The notes beneath the pieces are model-generated. The model ran no database searches, had not been told where the DNA came from, and was given only the letters and a program-made list of their open reading frames with translations. 64,000 bases of DNA. It comes from an uncultured delta proteobacterium (lineage in GTDB: Bacteria; Myxococcota_A; Polyangia; Polyangiales; Polyangiaceae). Numbering within the stretch: the first letter of the stretch is position 1; each line of letters opens with the position of its first letter. Of the stretch, positions 40,407 to 53,329 are shown in pieces. The DNA lies in assembly GCA_963806225.1 (NCBI GenBank), contig CAWDXG010000004.1, positions 1,568,001-1,632,000 on the forward strand, in the 5' to 3' direction. A program made the translations under genes and the position numbers.

Positions 40407-41384
40407 TCACGGTGCGACGGCGATCTTGCCCCAGCTCCTGCGGCTGCCGAGCGCCTCGAGCGCCTCGCCTGCCCTTTCCAGCGGATACGTCTTCCAGACA
40501 AGCGGCTTGATCTTCCCGGCCTGCACCAGCTCGAACAGCGCGCGGTAGGTCTCCGCGACCTGCTCTGGCGCGTGCTGCACCATCATGCCGAAGAACAGAC
40601 CGATCACGGCGATGTGCTTGAGCAGGATGCGGTTCGCCTTGATCTCCGGGATCTTGCCGCCGGCGAAACCAACGACCACGAGCCGTCCGTCCCAGGCGAC
40701 ACAGCGTGTGCAGCCGTCGAACACCTCGCCGCCCACGTTCTCGATGATGACGTCCGCGCCCCGGCCGCTCGTCTCCTGCTTGACGCGGTCGACCCAGTCT
40801 TCCTTCTTGTAGTCGATCGCAACGTCGGCGCCGGCCTTCCTCACGACCTCGAGCTTCGCGTCGCCGCCGGCAAGCGCGATTACGCGCGTGCCCAGCGCCT
40901 TCGCCACCTGCACCGTGGCTAGCCCGACGCCGCCGGCTGCGGCCGTCACCAACACCGTCTCGCCCTCGCGAAGCCGCGCTCGATGCACCAGAGCTGCGTG
41001 CGCCGTCGGGTACACCACCGGGAATACCGCCGCCTCCTCGAAGCTCATCTGCTCGGGGATGCGGTGCACGGTCTGGATCGGCGCGCTCGCCCTCTCCGCG
41101 AAGCCACCATAGAGCAGCGTCGCCAGCACACGGTCTCCGGGCTTCACGGCGTCGACCCCCCCACCCACCGACTCCACCACGCCGGCGACTTCCGCCCCCG
41201 GCGTGAACGGAAACGGCGGCTTCATCTGGTACTTGCCCTGCACCATCAGGATGTCGGCGAAGTTGCAGCCCGCCGCCTTCACGGCGATGCCGACCATCCC
41301 GGCCCCTACTTCCGGCTCCGGCACCTCGCCCACGACGAGCTCGCCCGGCTTCTCGACCCAGTGGTCGACCACGATCGCTTTCAT
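40407..41384 (-). CDS. NADPH:quinone oxidoreductase (zeta-crystallin-like MDR)
   Basis: NFADIL, PFTPGAEVAG, AAAGGVG, GKIAV. Confidence 0.9.
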   Translation of the reverse strand: MKAIVVDHWVEKPGELVVGEVPEPEVGAGMVGIAVKAAGCNFADILMVQGKYQMKPPFPFTPGAEVAGVVESVGGGVDAVKPGDRVLATLLYGGFAERASAPIQTVHRIPEQMSFEEAAVFPVVYPTAHAALVHRARLREGETVLVTAAAGGVGLATVQVAKALGTRVIALAGGDAKLEVVRKAGADVAIDYKKEDWVDRVKQETSGRGADVIIENVGGEVFDGCTRCVAWDGRLVVVGFAGGKIPEIKANRILLKHIAVIGLFFGMMVQHAPEQVAETYRALFELVQAGKIKPLVWKTYPLERAGEALEALGSRRSWGKIAVAP

Positions 41385-41438
41385 GGGGGCGAAGGCTAGC
41401 ACGCGTCCCGGCGCTCCGAGCTACGTGGCGGCCCCTGC

Positions 41439-44138
41439 CTATCTGTCGTGCAGCATCTCCCAGATCTGGGCGGACAGGCCGGGCTGATCGTCGGGCTCGG
41501 AGAAATCCCAGTGCTGGGCCTCGGCCTCGAGCGCGTGCTTCGAGCCGGCCGCGTTGCACGTCACGTCGGTGTAGCTCCGCGGCTGGTAGTCGAAGGGCGT
41601 GTAGTCGGGAGTGGACGTGAACAGATCGAACGGTAGCGCGGCGTCCGCCGTGGTCCTGTTGTTGTAGGGAATGCCGTAGATGTGCGCGAACAGCTTGTGC
41701 AGCGACTGGACGTCGAAGTGCGTATTGGTCACATAGCCGCGCTTGACCCATGGCGAGGCGAAAACGGCGATCGAGCGGTGCGCATCGACGTGGTCGGCGC
41801 CGTCCTGCGGATCGTCTTCGATGACGATGATGAGCGAGCTCTTCCACATCGGGCTGTGCGAGATGGCGTCGACGATCATGCCGGTGGCCTCATCGTTGAC
41901 CGAGACCATCAGCCCCGGGTTGGGCGCTCCTGCCTTGCCGCCCAGAGTGTGGTCGTTCACCAGCCACACGTAGCTGAACGGCTTCATGTCGCACAAAAGC
42001 CGCGCGCGCCCCGCGATGTAGCAGGCGCCCTTGGTGTCCGGCTGCGCGCCACTCGTCGAGACAAGGCCGAAACCCTGGTCGAGCGGAGCGCCGCTGAGCA
42101 GCTCGCCCATGTTGTCGAAGTCGATCTTGTTCTTCGAGAGCCAGTCGAAGATGCCGCCCTCCTCGGGCGTGGTGTCCGCGCTCACACCCTGGTTCGGGAT
42201 GGGACCGCGCGTGCCGCGTCCCCAGGTCGACAGCCACGTGCGCTCGGTGTAGTCGCTGCTGCGGCCGAACACCGTCCAGAAGTGTCCCTGGATGGACTGC
42301 TCCGCGTCCTCGTAGAAGTTGTCCGCCTGGGAGAACTCGCCGGCCACTTTGCGGATGTTGGCCCAGATCTGGCCCATCTTTCCGGGCGCCAATACCAGCT
42401 TGGGGTCGCCGTCCACGCCCTCCATGTCACCCATGATACCGTCGAAGGTCTTGTTCTCGCGCACGATGAACACGACGTGCTGGATCTGCTTCGACGGCCC
42501 TTCGGTGTTGGTGCGCGGGATCGGGAAGTCGTAATCGGCGCCTGCCGGGCACTTCACCTCGGGCTTCCCCGCGAGCTTGTCGACTGCGCCGGCCGCTTGC
42601 CACTTCTTGGTCTCGGCGGTGAGCGTAGCGGTGTCGAGCTGGCTGACGAGCTGGGCGCTGCCCGACATCTCGAGCGCGCCAAGGCCGTGCGAGATGGTCT
42701 GGGGCGGAAGCGTCGGCCCATTGCCGTGCCCCTTGCCGTTCAGGACCAGGAGCGAGCCCGCCCGTGGCGAGCCTGGCTGCACGTCGGCCGCCACCACGGC
42801 GGTCGGCCACCACGCCGTCGGTAGCACGCCGAGCGGCGTGAACGTCGGCGCCGCGCCCGCACCCGGACCTGGCTTCACGTCGAAGGCCGCCACGCCGTTC
42901 TGCGAGGCAAGCGCCACATACAGTCTGCCCGAAGCCGCGTCGTAGGACAGCGCGCTCGGAGAGCTGCCCGGCAGCTTTTCGTTGGCGTCCACTGGCAGCG
43001 TGTCGACCACCTGCGCCTTGACGCGATCCACCACGCTGAGTGTGTCGGAAAGCGAGTTGGCGACAACCAGGAACGACGGGGGGATGAACGCGATCTGCTC
43101 GGGCTGCTTGCCCGTCGGGATCCCCCGGATCGTCGGCGCCGACGGGTCCGTCACGTCCACCTCGAACAAGCGGTCGCCGTTCCAGGCGGTCACGTACACC
43201 ACGTCGCTCGACTGCGGATCGAAACGCGCGTCCAGCAGATCGCGCCCCGCCTTGCCCAGATCGATCACCGCCAGCTGCTTGCCGTAGTCTGCGGACCCGA
43301 GACTGTAGAGCAGGAGCGCACGTTCCTTGACCTGCGCCACCGCCAGCCTGGTGCCGTCCGGCGAGATGTCGATACCCGACGGGAATGCGTCGCCGGCGGC
43401 CGTATTCTCGACCGGAATGTCCCGCGAGGGCTCGGCCGCGAGGGCGCCGCTCGTCGTGTCCACGGAAAAAGCGCGGATGACCGAGTCGGGCGCGCCACTG
43501 GCCGCGTACAACGTGCCGTCCTGGGCGAGCGCCAGTCCGTAGTTCATCGAGTTGGGGCTCTTGAACGCGACTTCGGAAACGACCGGGTACTTTCCTGCGG
43601 CAAGCTTGTCGGTGTCGAGGATGCGCAGCGCATGGTCGGCGTAGCCGTTGTCGCTCACGGCCACGAACGGCGTGGCCGGGATCCACAGCGCCGAGGCGGG
43701 GAACGTGCCCTCGAGCTTGTCCTGGTCCAGCACGATTTCGGTGCCGGCCGGCGTCAGCCGCCGCCCGTCGGGCAGCACGACCGGAGCCGCGCCGATGTCC
43801 GTCTTCGCTGCCGCAGCGCCACTGGCCGCGCTGGCGGTGCACTGGCCCTCGACGGGCTGGGGATACGACCCGTCCCACCTGCCGCACGCGCTGTCGGAAC
43901 AGTCGTGAGGCAGCTTCGCCCACGCGCCCATCGCCGGGCAGGTCCAGGGCTGGGTCGCCTCGTCGCAAGCTCCGCACGACAGCACGCAGGATCTCGTGTA
44001 GTCCGGCACGGCCGCCTGGGCCTTTTCGGCGTCGCAGATACCGGGGCCGTGCCCGGAGCTCTTCTGGTCGCCGCTGCTGCAGCCTACCGCCAGCGCCAGA
44101 ACCATCGCCCCCGGGAGCGCGCGTGGGAACCACCTCAT
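41439..44138 (-). CDS. YncE-like beta-propeller / alkaline-phosphatase-superfamily phosphoesterase lipoprotein
   Basis: Lipobox AVGC, propeller repeats, HVVFIVRENKTFD, DNFY, NDHT, EDDPQDGADHVDAHRS. Confidence 0.82.
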   Translation of the reverse strand: MRWFPRALPGAMVLALAVGCSSGDQKSSGHGPGICDAEKAQAAVPDYTRSCVLSCGACDEATQPWTCPAMGAWAKLPHDCSDSACGRWDGSYPQPVEGQCTASAASGAAAAKTDIGAAPVVLPDGRRLTPAGTEIVLDQDKLEGTFPASALWIPATPFVAVSDNGYADHALRILDTDKLAAGKYPVVSEVAFKSPNSMNYGLALAQDGTLYAASGAPDSVIRAFSVDTTSGALAAEPSRDIPVENTAAGDAFPSGIDISPDGTRLAVAQVKERALLLYSLGSADYGKQLAVIDLGKAGRDLLDARFDPQSSDVVYVTAWNGDRLFEVDVTDPSAPTIRGIPTGKQPEQIAFIPPSFLVVANSLSDTLSVVDRVKAQVVDTLPVDANEKLPGSSPSALSYDAASGRLYVALASQNGVAAFDVKPGPGAGAAPTFTPLGVLPTAWWPTAVVAADVQPGSPRAGSLLVLNGKGHGNGPTLPPQTISHGLGALEMSGSAQLVSQLDTATLTAETKKWQAAGAVDKLAGKPEVKCPAGADYDFPIPRTNTEGPSKQIQHVVFIVRENKTFDGIMGDMEGVDGDPKLVLAPGKMGQIWANIRKVAGEFSQADNFYEDAEQSIQGHFWTVFGRSSDYTERTWLSTWGRGTRGPIPNQGVSADTTPEEGGIFDWLSKNKIDFDNMGELLSGAPLDQGFGLVSTSGAQPDTKGACYIAGRARLLCDMKPFSYVWLVNDHTLGGKAGAPNPGLMVSVNDEATGMIVDAISHSPMWKSSLIIVIEDDPQDGADHVDAHRSIAVFASPWVKRGYVTNTHFDVQSLHKLFAHIYGIPYNNRTTADAALPFDLFTSTPDYTPFDYQPRSYTDVTCNAAGSKHALEAEAQHWDFSEPDDQPGLSAQIWEMLHDR

Positions 44139-44242
44139 GCGCCCATTGTACCCCCTAAGGCAGCTCGCAGAATGACCGTCGACAACGGCGAAAGACACCC
44201 AGCCCTTGATTCCAGGGGCGGGGACCAAGTAGCGATGGTCGC

Positions 44243-45226
44243 ATGAAAGCCATCGTCGTCAGCGAACCCGGGGGACCCGACAAGCTCGAGCTCGGAGAGG
44301 CGCCGGAGCCAGTGCCCGCGGAGGGCGAGGTGCTGCTCGACGTAGAGGCCACGGCGCTCAACCGCGCGGATCTGCTGCAGCGCCGCGGCATGTACCCGCC
44401 TCCCAAGGGCGCCAGCGAAATCCTCGGGCTCGAGTGCTCGGGCGTCGTGGCGGAGCTCGGTCCGGGCGCGAGCGGCCTGAAACCGGGTGACCGCGTGATG
44501 GCGCTCCTGCCCGGCGGCGGCTACGCCGAGCGCGTCACCCTGCCGGCGAGGATGGCGATACCAATCCCCGGGGCCATGTCGTTCGAGCAGGCTGCCGCGA
44601 TTCCCGAGGCGTTCCTGACGGCCCGCGAGGCTCTGTTCACGCTCGGGCGGCTCGAAGCGGGGAGCTTCGTGCTGATCCACGCCGCTGCCGGCGGCGTCGG
44701 CTCGGCGGCGGTGCAGCTCGCCCGCCAGCACGGCGCACACGTGCTCGCTACTGCCGGCAGCGACGACAAGCTCGCCCGCGTCGGGGAGCTCGGCGCCGAC
44801 ACGCTCATCAACTACAAGTCGCAGAACTTCGTCGCTGTCGCCAAGGAAGCCACCGGCGGCCACGGCGTGGACGTGGTGCTCGACTTCATCGGCGGCAGCT
44901 ACTGGGACAAGCACGCCGCGTGCATGGCGGTCGGCGGGCGCTGCGTCGTGATCGGCGTTCTGGGCGGCCCCACCGCGAACGTGAACCTGGCGCAGCTCCT
45001 GATGCGCCGCTACCAGATCCTCGGCCTGGTCATGCGCTCGCGCCCTGTCCCGGACAAGATCGCTATCACCGAGGCGTTCGTGCGCGACTCGCTGCCGCTC
45101 TTCGCCGACGGCCGGCTCGCACCCGTGATCGACAGCGTCCACCCACTGTCCGAAGCCCGCCAGGCCCACGAGCGGATGGAGCTGAACAAGAACATCGGCA
45201 AGATCGTGCTGAAGGTCGCCGACTAG
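44243..45226 (+). CDS. NAD(P)H-quinone oxidoreductase, PIG3 type
   Basis: ALNRADLLQRRGMYPPP, LGLECSG, HAAAGGVG, NIGKIVL. Confidence 0.9.
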   Translation: MKAIVVSEPGGPDKLELGEAPEPVPAEGEVLLDVEATALNRADLLQRRGMYPPPKGASEILGLECSGVVAELGPGASGLKPGDRVMALLPGGGYAERVTLPARMAIPIPGAMSFEQAAAIPEAFLTAREALFTLGRLEAGSFVLIHAAAGGVGSAAVQLARQHGAHVLATAGSDDKLARVGELGADTLINYKSQNFVAVAKEATGGHGVDVVLDFIGGSYWDKHAACMAVGGRCVVIGVLGGPTANVNLAQLLMRRYQILGLVMRSRPVPDKIAITEAFVRDSLPLFADGRLAPVIDSVHPLSEARQAHERMELNKNIGKIVLKVAD

Positions 45227-45263
45227 CGCTCCCAACCCGCCCGCCATGCGGGCTCCCCACGCC

Positions 45264-45506
45264 CTACTCGCAGGCCGTGCCCGCCTCGTTGGGTTTCGTA
45301 CCGCTCGGGCACGGGAGGCAGCAGAAGGCGCCGCCGGGGTTCCGGTCCGGATTGCAGTCCTGTGGCCAACGATTCGGGCAGGAGTTGTTGCCGATTACGC
45401 ATTGCCCGCCGGCGGCGGCGCATGCTTCCGGACCGGAGCGACTGCTGGAGCTCGAGCTCGAGCAGGCCGTGAGAACGAGCATCAGGAGTGTGATCGCGAC
45501 CTTCAT
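45264..45506 (-). CDS. Small Cys-rich lipoprotein (80 aa)
   Basis: MKVAITLLMLVLTAC lipobox, poly-Ser, and 8 further Cys. Confidence 0.7.
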   Translation of the reverse strand: MKVAITLLMLVLTACSSSSSSSRSGPEACAAAGGQCVIGNNSCPNRWPQDCNPDRNPGGAFCCLPCPSGTKPNEAGTACE

Positions 45507-45698
45507 GTCCCCTACCAACGGGCAGCGACCACGCGTCGCCACAGGTCCCCCGAACCGATGGGCCGACCCTCGTGTGCGCCGGCCCTTGCGTTTCCGGATG
45601 GTAACATCCATCAGGCGAGCGCAAGGGGTTTCTCGCCGGCGCTCGGCGTCGCGCACCGGGCTTCGGCCCGCGCATTTCCGCCGGCGGCAGAGCGACTC

Positions 45699-46514
45699 TC
45701 AGATGCGCAACCGTCGCTTGAGGAGCGTGGAGCAGATCGCGTAGGAAGCAACGAGGATGAGCAGCATGGCGACGGTGTGCCAAGCCGTCGCGGTGCTGGG
45801 CGTGCCGCGGACGAGCGCGCGCGAGATCTCGACCACGTGCGTGAGCGGCAGGAACTGCGCGAAGACGAGCACCCAGTGCGGCATCTTGTCGAGCGGGAAG
45901 AAGATGCCGCTGAACAGGAACATCGGCGCCACGGCCAGCGTGAAGTAGTAGTTGAAGAACTCGTAGCTCTTCGATATCGCCGTGATGCTCATGGCCATGG
46001 CCGTGAACATCATGCCCGACGCAAAGCCGAGCGGCAGCGCGAAGAGCGACAGCCAGGACGGCACCAGACCGAACAGACGGATCACGACGAGCACACTGGC
46101 CGCGCCGAAGGACGACTTGATGCCGCCCCAGATCACCTCGCCGGCGATCAGCTCGCGCACGGTGATGGGCGTGGCGAGAACGGCGTCGTAGGTTTTCTGC
46201 GTCGCCAGGCGGGTGTAGCTGCCGAACGTGCCTTCGAAGGTCGCCGTGTACATGACCGTGGAAACGACCAGGCCAGGTGCAATGAACGCCGCGTAGCTCA
46301 TGCCGCCGAGCTTGGGCACGACCCGCCCCAGGCCGAAGCCGAGCGCCAGCAGGTAGAGCAGCGGCTCGCCGAAATTGCCGACGGCGCTCGTCGCCGCGTA
46401 GCGCCACCATACGTACATGTTGCGCGCGGTCACGCGATAGGCACCGGCGAGGAAGCCGCCAGGCTCCCGGGATGCGTGGTCCGACGGCACACCGCTCACC
46501 GCGGACTCGCTCAC
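45699..46514 (-). CDS. ABC-2 permease (NodJ-like)
   Basis: GEPLLYLLALGFGLG, TYDAVLATP, PMFLFSGIFFP, PLTH. The GTG start overlaps the ATPase stop. Confidence 0.88.
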   Translation of the reverse strand: MSESAVSGVPSDHASREPGGFLAGAYRVTARNMYVWWRYAATSAVGNFGEPLLYLLALGFGLGRVVPKLGGMSYAAFIAPGLVVSTVMYTATFEGTFGSYTRLATQKTYDAVLATPITVRELIAGEVIWGGIKSSFGAASVLVVIRLFGLVPSWLSLFALPLGFASGMMFTAMAMSITAISKSYEFFNYYFTLAVAPMFLFSGIFFPLDKMPHWVLVFAQFLPLTHVVEISRALVRGTPSTATAWHTVAMLLILVASYAICSTLLKRRLRI

Positions 46515-47438
46515 TCGTCGAGCTCCCGTCCGGTGAGCCTCAAGAACACGTCTTCCAGCGCGGCGTTGCGCAACTGGCACGAGATGTCGGCGCGGCGCGC
46601 CCTTTCCACGAGCTGGTCGGCAAGCTCGCTCTGTCGCGGCAGGAAGAAGACGCGCATGTCGCCCGCGCGCTCGCTCGACACGCCCTCGAGGTCGAGGCCG
46701 CCGAATACCTCGCGCTCGCGCGCTTCCGCGATACGAAGCTCCACCACCTCGTGACCAACGTGGCGCTCGATCAGCTCGCGGGGCGACCCCTCGTCGAGGA
46801 TCTTCCCGTGGTCCATGATGACCAGACGCGTGCAGAGCCGTTCGGCTTCGTCCATGTAGTGCGTCGTGAGCACCATGGTGACGCCTCGGTCCTCGAGCTC
46901 GCGAAGCTTCTGCCAGATCAGATGTCGCGCCTGCGGGTCGAGGCCGGTGGTCGGCTCGTCGAGGATGACGAGCTCGGGGTCGTTGACCAGCGCTCGGGCA
47001 ATCATCAGGCGGCGTTTCATCCCGCCGCTGAGCTCGGGAATGGCGCGCTTCTGTTTGTCGCCAAGCGCGGCGAACTCGAGCAGCTCGTTCACCCGGCGAG
47101 CTGTGACTCCGGTCGGGGAAATAGCTGCCGTACATGCGCAGGTTCTGGCGCACGTCCAGATCGGGATCGAGGTTGTCTTCCTGGGGGCACACGCCGATGC
47201 GCGCCCGCACGTACTTGCCGTCGTGCACCGGATCGAGCCCGAGCACCCTCAGCGTGCCGCCGCTCGGCTCGGAGACGGCCTGCAGCATGCGCATGGTCGA
47301 GGTCTTGCCCGCGCCGTTCGGGCCCAGGAAGCCGAAGCACTCGCCGCGCTCGATGCGGAAGTCGATGCCGCCCACGGCCTCGAAATCGCCGTAGCTCTTG
47401 CGGAGCCCCTCGGCCGTCACTGCAGCTCGATCGGACAC
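46511..47438 (-). CDS. ABC ATP-binding protein (NodI-like), frameshifted near 47100
   Basis: GPNGAGKT, PQEDNLD, LSGGMKRRL, LDEPTTGLDPQARH, LTTHYMDEAE. Confidence 0.85.
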
Positions 47439-47485
47439 GGAGTGGCATCCTAGGCGCTCGCGGGGCGGAGGCCAGCAGGGAATCG

Positions 47486-48011
47486 TCAGCGGCCGCCGAG
47501 CTTGCCGGCAACCAGCTCGACGGCTTCCGCGGCCGTTTTCGCCCGCAGGATCGCGTCGGGGCGCTTGTCGTCGAGGGCGCGCCCGGCGAGCTGTCGCGCT
47601 CCAGCCGTCGACCTCCAGGCCGACCAGCACGCGGCCGAGCTGCCAGGCCATGGCCATCTCGCTCAGCGTGCCGGAGCCGCCGCCGACGGCGATGACAGCG
47701 TCGGCCATGGTCACGACCAGCACGTTGCGCGCGTAGCCCATGTTCGTGGGGATGGCGATGTCGACGTAGGGGTTCGCCGCGGCTGCAGCGCCGCCGGGCA
47801 GTACGCCGATCACGTCGCCCTCGCGATAGCTCGCCGCCCGGTGCGCGCCGCGCGATGCCGCTTCCATCACGCCTCCGAGCCCGCCGCTCACCAGACGGTA
47901 GCCGCGCTCGACCACCAGGCGGCCCACTTCCTCGGCGACCTCGAGCGCGTGGGCACTGGCAGCGCTGTTGCCGATGACGGCGACTACTGGACGGCGCGGT
48001 TTCGAGGACAT
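47486..48011 (-). CDS. TIGR00725 / LOG-like family protein (frameshift near 47595)
   Basis: VSGGLGGVMEAASRGA, ARNVLVV, GGGSGTLSE. Confidence 0.82.
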
Positions 48012-48041
48012 CGGATCCTCGATAACGGCGTCCAGCGCTGC

Positions 48042-48347
48042 CTACAACCCCACCGGCTTGAGGCGAACCGCCCACCGCCCCGCTTGAGCTTGGCCTGGCA
48101 GGCGAGGCGGTTGTTCGGCGGACCGCCGAGCAGGTCGAGCAGCTCCTGCTCCTCCTCGCCCGGCGGCTCGAGCAGCTCTCCGCCCTCGACGACCTCGATC
48201 TGGCAGGTAGCGCAGCTGGCCGAGCGACAGGAAAATGGCACCGGCGCCAGCACCTCGTCGCACAGATCGACCAGCGACTCCGCCGTCGGGCGCGTCGACG
48301 ACCTTGGCCCGGCCCAGCTCGTTCTCGATGAACTCGACAATCGGCAC
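48042..48347 (-). CDS. 2Fe-2S ferredoxin (two compensating frameshifts)
   Basis: FSCRSASCATC..RLACQ lies in one frame; the N- and C-termini lie in another. Confidence 0.8.
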   Translation of the reverse strand: MPIVEFIENELGRAKVVDAPDGGVAGRSVRRGAGAGAIFLSLGQLRYLPDRGRRGRRAARAAGRGGAGAARPARRSAEQPPRLPGQAQAGRWAVRLKPVGL

Positions 48348-48488
48348 CTACACTGTGTGTAGCGGGCAAATGCCACCACGCGCAAACCGTGCGCACCCCA
48401 GAGCCATGCGGATCGTCAGGGATTTCGCGGATCGGGCGACTCCCCGCGTGCTCCTGGGCGGGCTTGTCGGTTATGCTCCGTGCCGACC

Positions 48489-50678
<2,190 letters not shown>

Positions 50679-51334
50679 GGCGGCGGGGCAGCTGGCGGGC
50701 AAGGAGCCAAAGTAGCGCGAACCACCTCTGGCAGGTGCGCCGCGACGGCGGTGAACCGCCCGTCGTGCGACAGACTGATGTCCACGCCCGATACCGGGGA
50801 GTCCCGCCTGAGCAGCCGCGGCGGACCGTACCCGTCCCAGCTTCCGGGTCGTTCGGGCCGCCGTACACGGAGCTCCGCTGGCGAGGTCGCGAGGACCGGA
50901 GCCAAGGCCATGCAAGCCAACTCGCGCACCGCGAGGCTGGGATCGCCACGCGCCTCCACCGTGCCGGTCGCCGACCAGGGACGCTGGTCGTGGGTCGAGG
51001 CCAGAGCGTGGACCACACCCGCCGCGGCGTCCACGTCCAGCCACAGGTGGAGCCGGAGGTCCTCGTAGTCGACCGAGCGGAGGTCCCCGGCAACCACCAG
51101 GCGGCGGTGCGCAAAGCCCGGAGCCCGGCCCAGCTTGTCGAAGACCTTGTAGGCGGCTTCCTTCGCCGCGAACAGGCTCCACAGGTACGCGTCCGGAGCC
51201 GCTGCACGCGCCAACGCGGCTCGCTCCGACGGCGCGCACACGCGCTCGACGAAGCGCGCGTACCGGCGCGTCGCGGCGTTGGCCGGATCCGCAAGATCGA
51301 CCACGTCGTTGCCGACGTAGACGCCCACTTCTGC

Positions 51335-51583
51335 CTAGGCTTGCGCCGCCAGGATCAGCTTGACGGCGTCGCCGACGGTCTTGACCTTGTCGGCATCTTC
51401 GTCCTTGACCTCGATCTCGAACGTGTCCTCGATTTCCAGCACGACGTCGACGAGGCGCGCCGAGTTGACTTTCAGATCCTTGAGGATGGAGGTCTCCATC
51501 CCGATCGTCTCGAGGGCCTCCCGGTTCTTCACGAACGGGTCGAGGATACCGACAACTTTCTCGATGGCTTCTTGCTCGGTCAT
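51335..51583 (-). CDS. Acyl carrier protein (variant NS motif)
   Basis: 82 aa, acidic; DLKVNSARLVDVVLEIEDTFEIEV, TVGD. Confidence 0.92.
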   Translation of the reverse strand: MTEQEAIEKVVGILDPFVKNREALETIGMETSILKDLKVNSARLVDVVLEIEDTFEIEVKDEDADKVKTVGDAVKLILAAQA

Positions 51584-51600
51584 TGGTCTTGCTTCCTTGT

Positions 51601-52884
51601 TCAGTTATGTTTTCCGAAGAGCACGCACCCGTTGACGTCGCCGAACCCGAAGCTCGCCTTGGCGATCACCTCGAGGTCGGGAGCCTCCACGGTACGGTGT
51701 GGGATGCGCGCGGCATAGGGCGCGAGGTCGGCGTGCAGGTCGTCGCAGTTGATCGAGCCGTGCACGAAGCCCTGGTGGAGCTCGAGCACGCTGGCGACGC
51801 ACTCGATTCCGCCGGCGGCGCCGAGGGCGTGGCCGATCAAGGACTTGGTGGAGTGGATGAGCGGCATCTGCTCCGGCGCTGTCTCGAGCGCGCGGGACCA
51901 GCTTGCCACCTCGTGCGGATCCGCGAAGGTCGCGGTGAGATGTCCGTTGATCGCTCCGATGCGCTCCGGCCGGACGCCAGCCATCTGCACCGCGCCACGG
52001 ATGCAGCGCTGCACGCCTTCAGGGTTCGGGGCCGTCATGCTGCCGCCCATGCGATGGCCGCCGCAGTTGACGAAGCCGCCGAGCACTTCCGCGTAGATAC
52101 GGGCTCCACGCGCCTGCGCAGCTTCCAGGCTCTCGAGCAGCAGGACCCCGGCGCCGGAGCCCGGCACGAACCCCGCTGCGCTCGCGCTCATCGGGCGGGA
52201 GGCCTCCGTGGGCCGGTCGTTGTGGGTCCGGCACAGCACCTTCATGGCATCGAAGCCTGCCCAGATGTACTTGGAGTGGCCTTCGGAACCGCCCGCCAGC
52301 ATGCGCTCGGCGCGACCTTCGCGGATGCGCAGGAAAGCCTCGACGACGGCTTCGGTGCCCGTGTTGCAGGCACTCGAGTTCGTGCTGACCTGGTTCCCCA
52401 GTCCGAGCAGGCCCGCGACCCGCGCGCTGTTGCCGCTCGACATGATCTGCTCGACCATCGTGCTACCGAGGCGGCTGACCTTGCCGGCGTCGGTCTTCGG
52501 GACGAGCTTCTCCGCGATGGTGTCGATGCCGCCGATACCGGTGCCGATGATCGCGCCGGCGTCCCAGTCGACCACGTCCTGGTCGGCCGCTGCCCGCTCC
52601 AGGCCGGCGTCCGTCCAGGCATCGAGGGCGGCGATCGCCGCGTAGACCATGTTCGGGTTCATGGCCAAGAGCTCCTCCCGCGTCAGAAGGCGCTCGCGTA
52701 TCGCTTCGACTCCCTCGGGGATCCCTCCCACCTGGCAGCCGAACTTCGAGTCCGCCAGCTCCTGGTGGAAGCGGATGCCGCTCCGACCTTCACGCAGGGC
52801 GCGTGCAAACGCCTCGAGCCCGTAGGCGTTCGGCGCCAGCACGCCCATGCCCGAGACCACCACCCTGCCGCTACGCGTCGCCAC
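51601..52884 (-). CDS. Beta-ketoacyl-ACP synthase (FabF/FabB-like)
   Basis: SSACNTG, INGHLTAT and KSLIGHALGAAG give a Cys-His-His triad. Confidence 0.92.
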   Translation of the reverse strand: MATRSGRVVVSGMGVLAPNAYGLEAFARALREGRSGIRFHQELADSKFGCQVGGIPEGVEAIRERLLTREELLAMNPNMVYAAIAALDAWTDAGLERAAADQDVVDWDAGAIIGTGIGGIDTIAEKLVPKTDAGKVSRLGSTMVEQIMSSGNSARVAGLLGLGNQVSTNSSACNTGTEAVVEAFLRIREGRAERMLAGGSEGHSKYIWAGFDAMKVLCRTHNDRPTEASRPMSASAAGFVPGSGAGVLLLESLEAAQARGARIYAEVLGGFVNCGGHRMGGSMTAPNPEGVQRCIRGAVQMAGVRPERIGAINGHLTATFADPHEVASWSRALETAPEQMPLIHSTKSLIGHALGAAGGIECVASVLELHQGFVHGSINCDDLHADLAPYAARIPHRTVEAPDLEVIAKASFGFGDVNGCVLFGKHN

Positions 52885-53329
52885 GCGGCACCCCCATCCC
52901 TGCAACCGAACCGTGCGCCACGAGCGTGCCGTCGGCGAGCGAGAGCGTCACGTTCGACTTCAGCTTGCGACGCCTCCAGAATACGCGCTCGGCTTCCACC
53001 CGGACGGTCTGGCCGGGCCGGACGATCTTCTCGAACTCCACTTGTGCCTCCGTGAACAGCGTGACAGTGCGGGCGACCTCCGCCTTCGGCGCGTCGAGCC
53101 CCAGCAGGTAGATCCCGAGCGCGACGAGGCCCGTCTGGCACATCGCTTCCAGCAGGATCACCCCCGGTGTCACCGGATCGCCGGGAAAGTGCCCAGCGTA
53201 GAACGACTCGTCCGGACGAAAGGTGTACTCCCCCTTCGCGCCGCTCTCGTCGATCGACAAGAGCCGGTCCAGAAAGCGGAACGGGCGCTGCTGCGGTATC
53301 AGCTCGAGCACTTCCTCCGCGGTCAACAT
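52871..53329 (-). CDS. 3-hydroxyacyl-ACP dehydratase, FabZ-like
   Basis: PQQRPFRFLD, HFPGDPVTPGVILLEAM (His/Glu dyad). Confidence 0.9.
   Translation of the reverse strand: MLTAEEVLELIPQQRPFRFLDRLLSIDESGAKGEYTFRPDESFYAGHFPGDPVTPGVILLEAMCQTGLVALGIYLLGLDAPKAEVARTVTLFTEAQVEFEKIVRPGQTVRVEAERVFWRRRKLKSNVTLSLADGTLVAHGSVAGMGVPRGDA

Noticed and set aside
45699..47438. Nodulation genes nodIJ
   Set aside because: This is a widespread ABC-2 exporter family and no nodABC genes are present.
45699..48011. 770-aa LOG-ABC-permease fusion
   Set aside because: Frameshifts join three separate genes.
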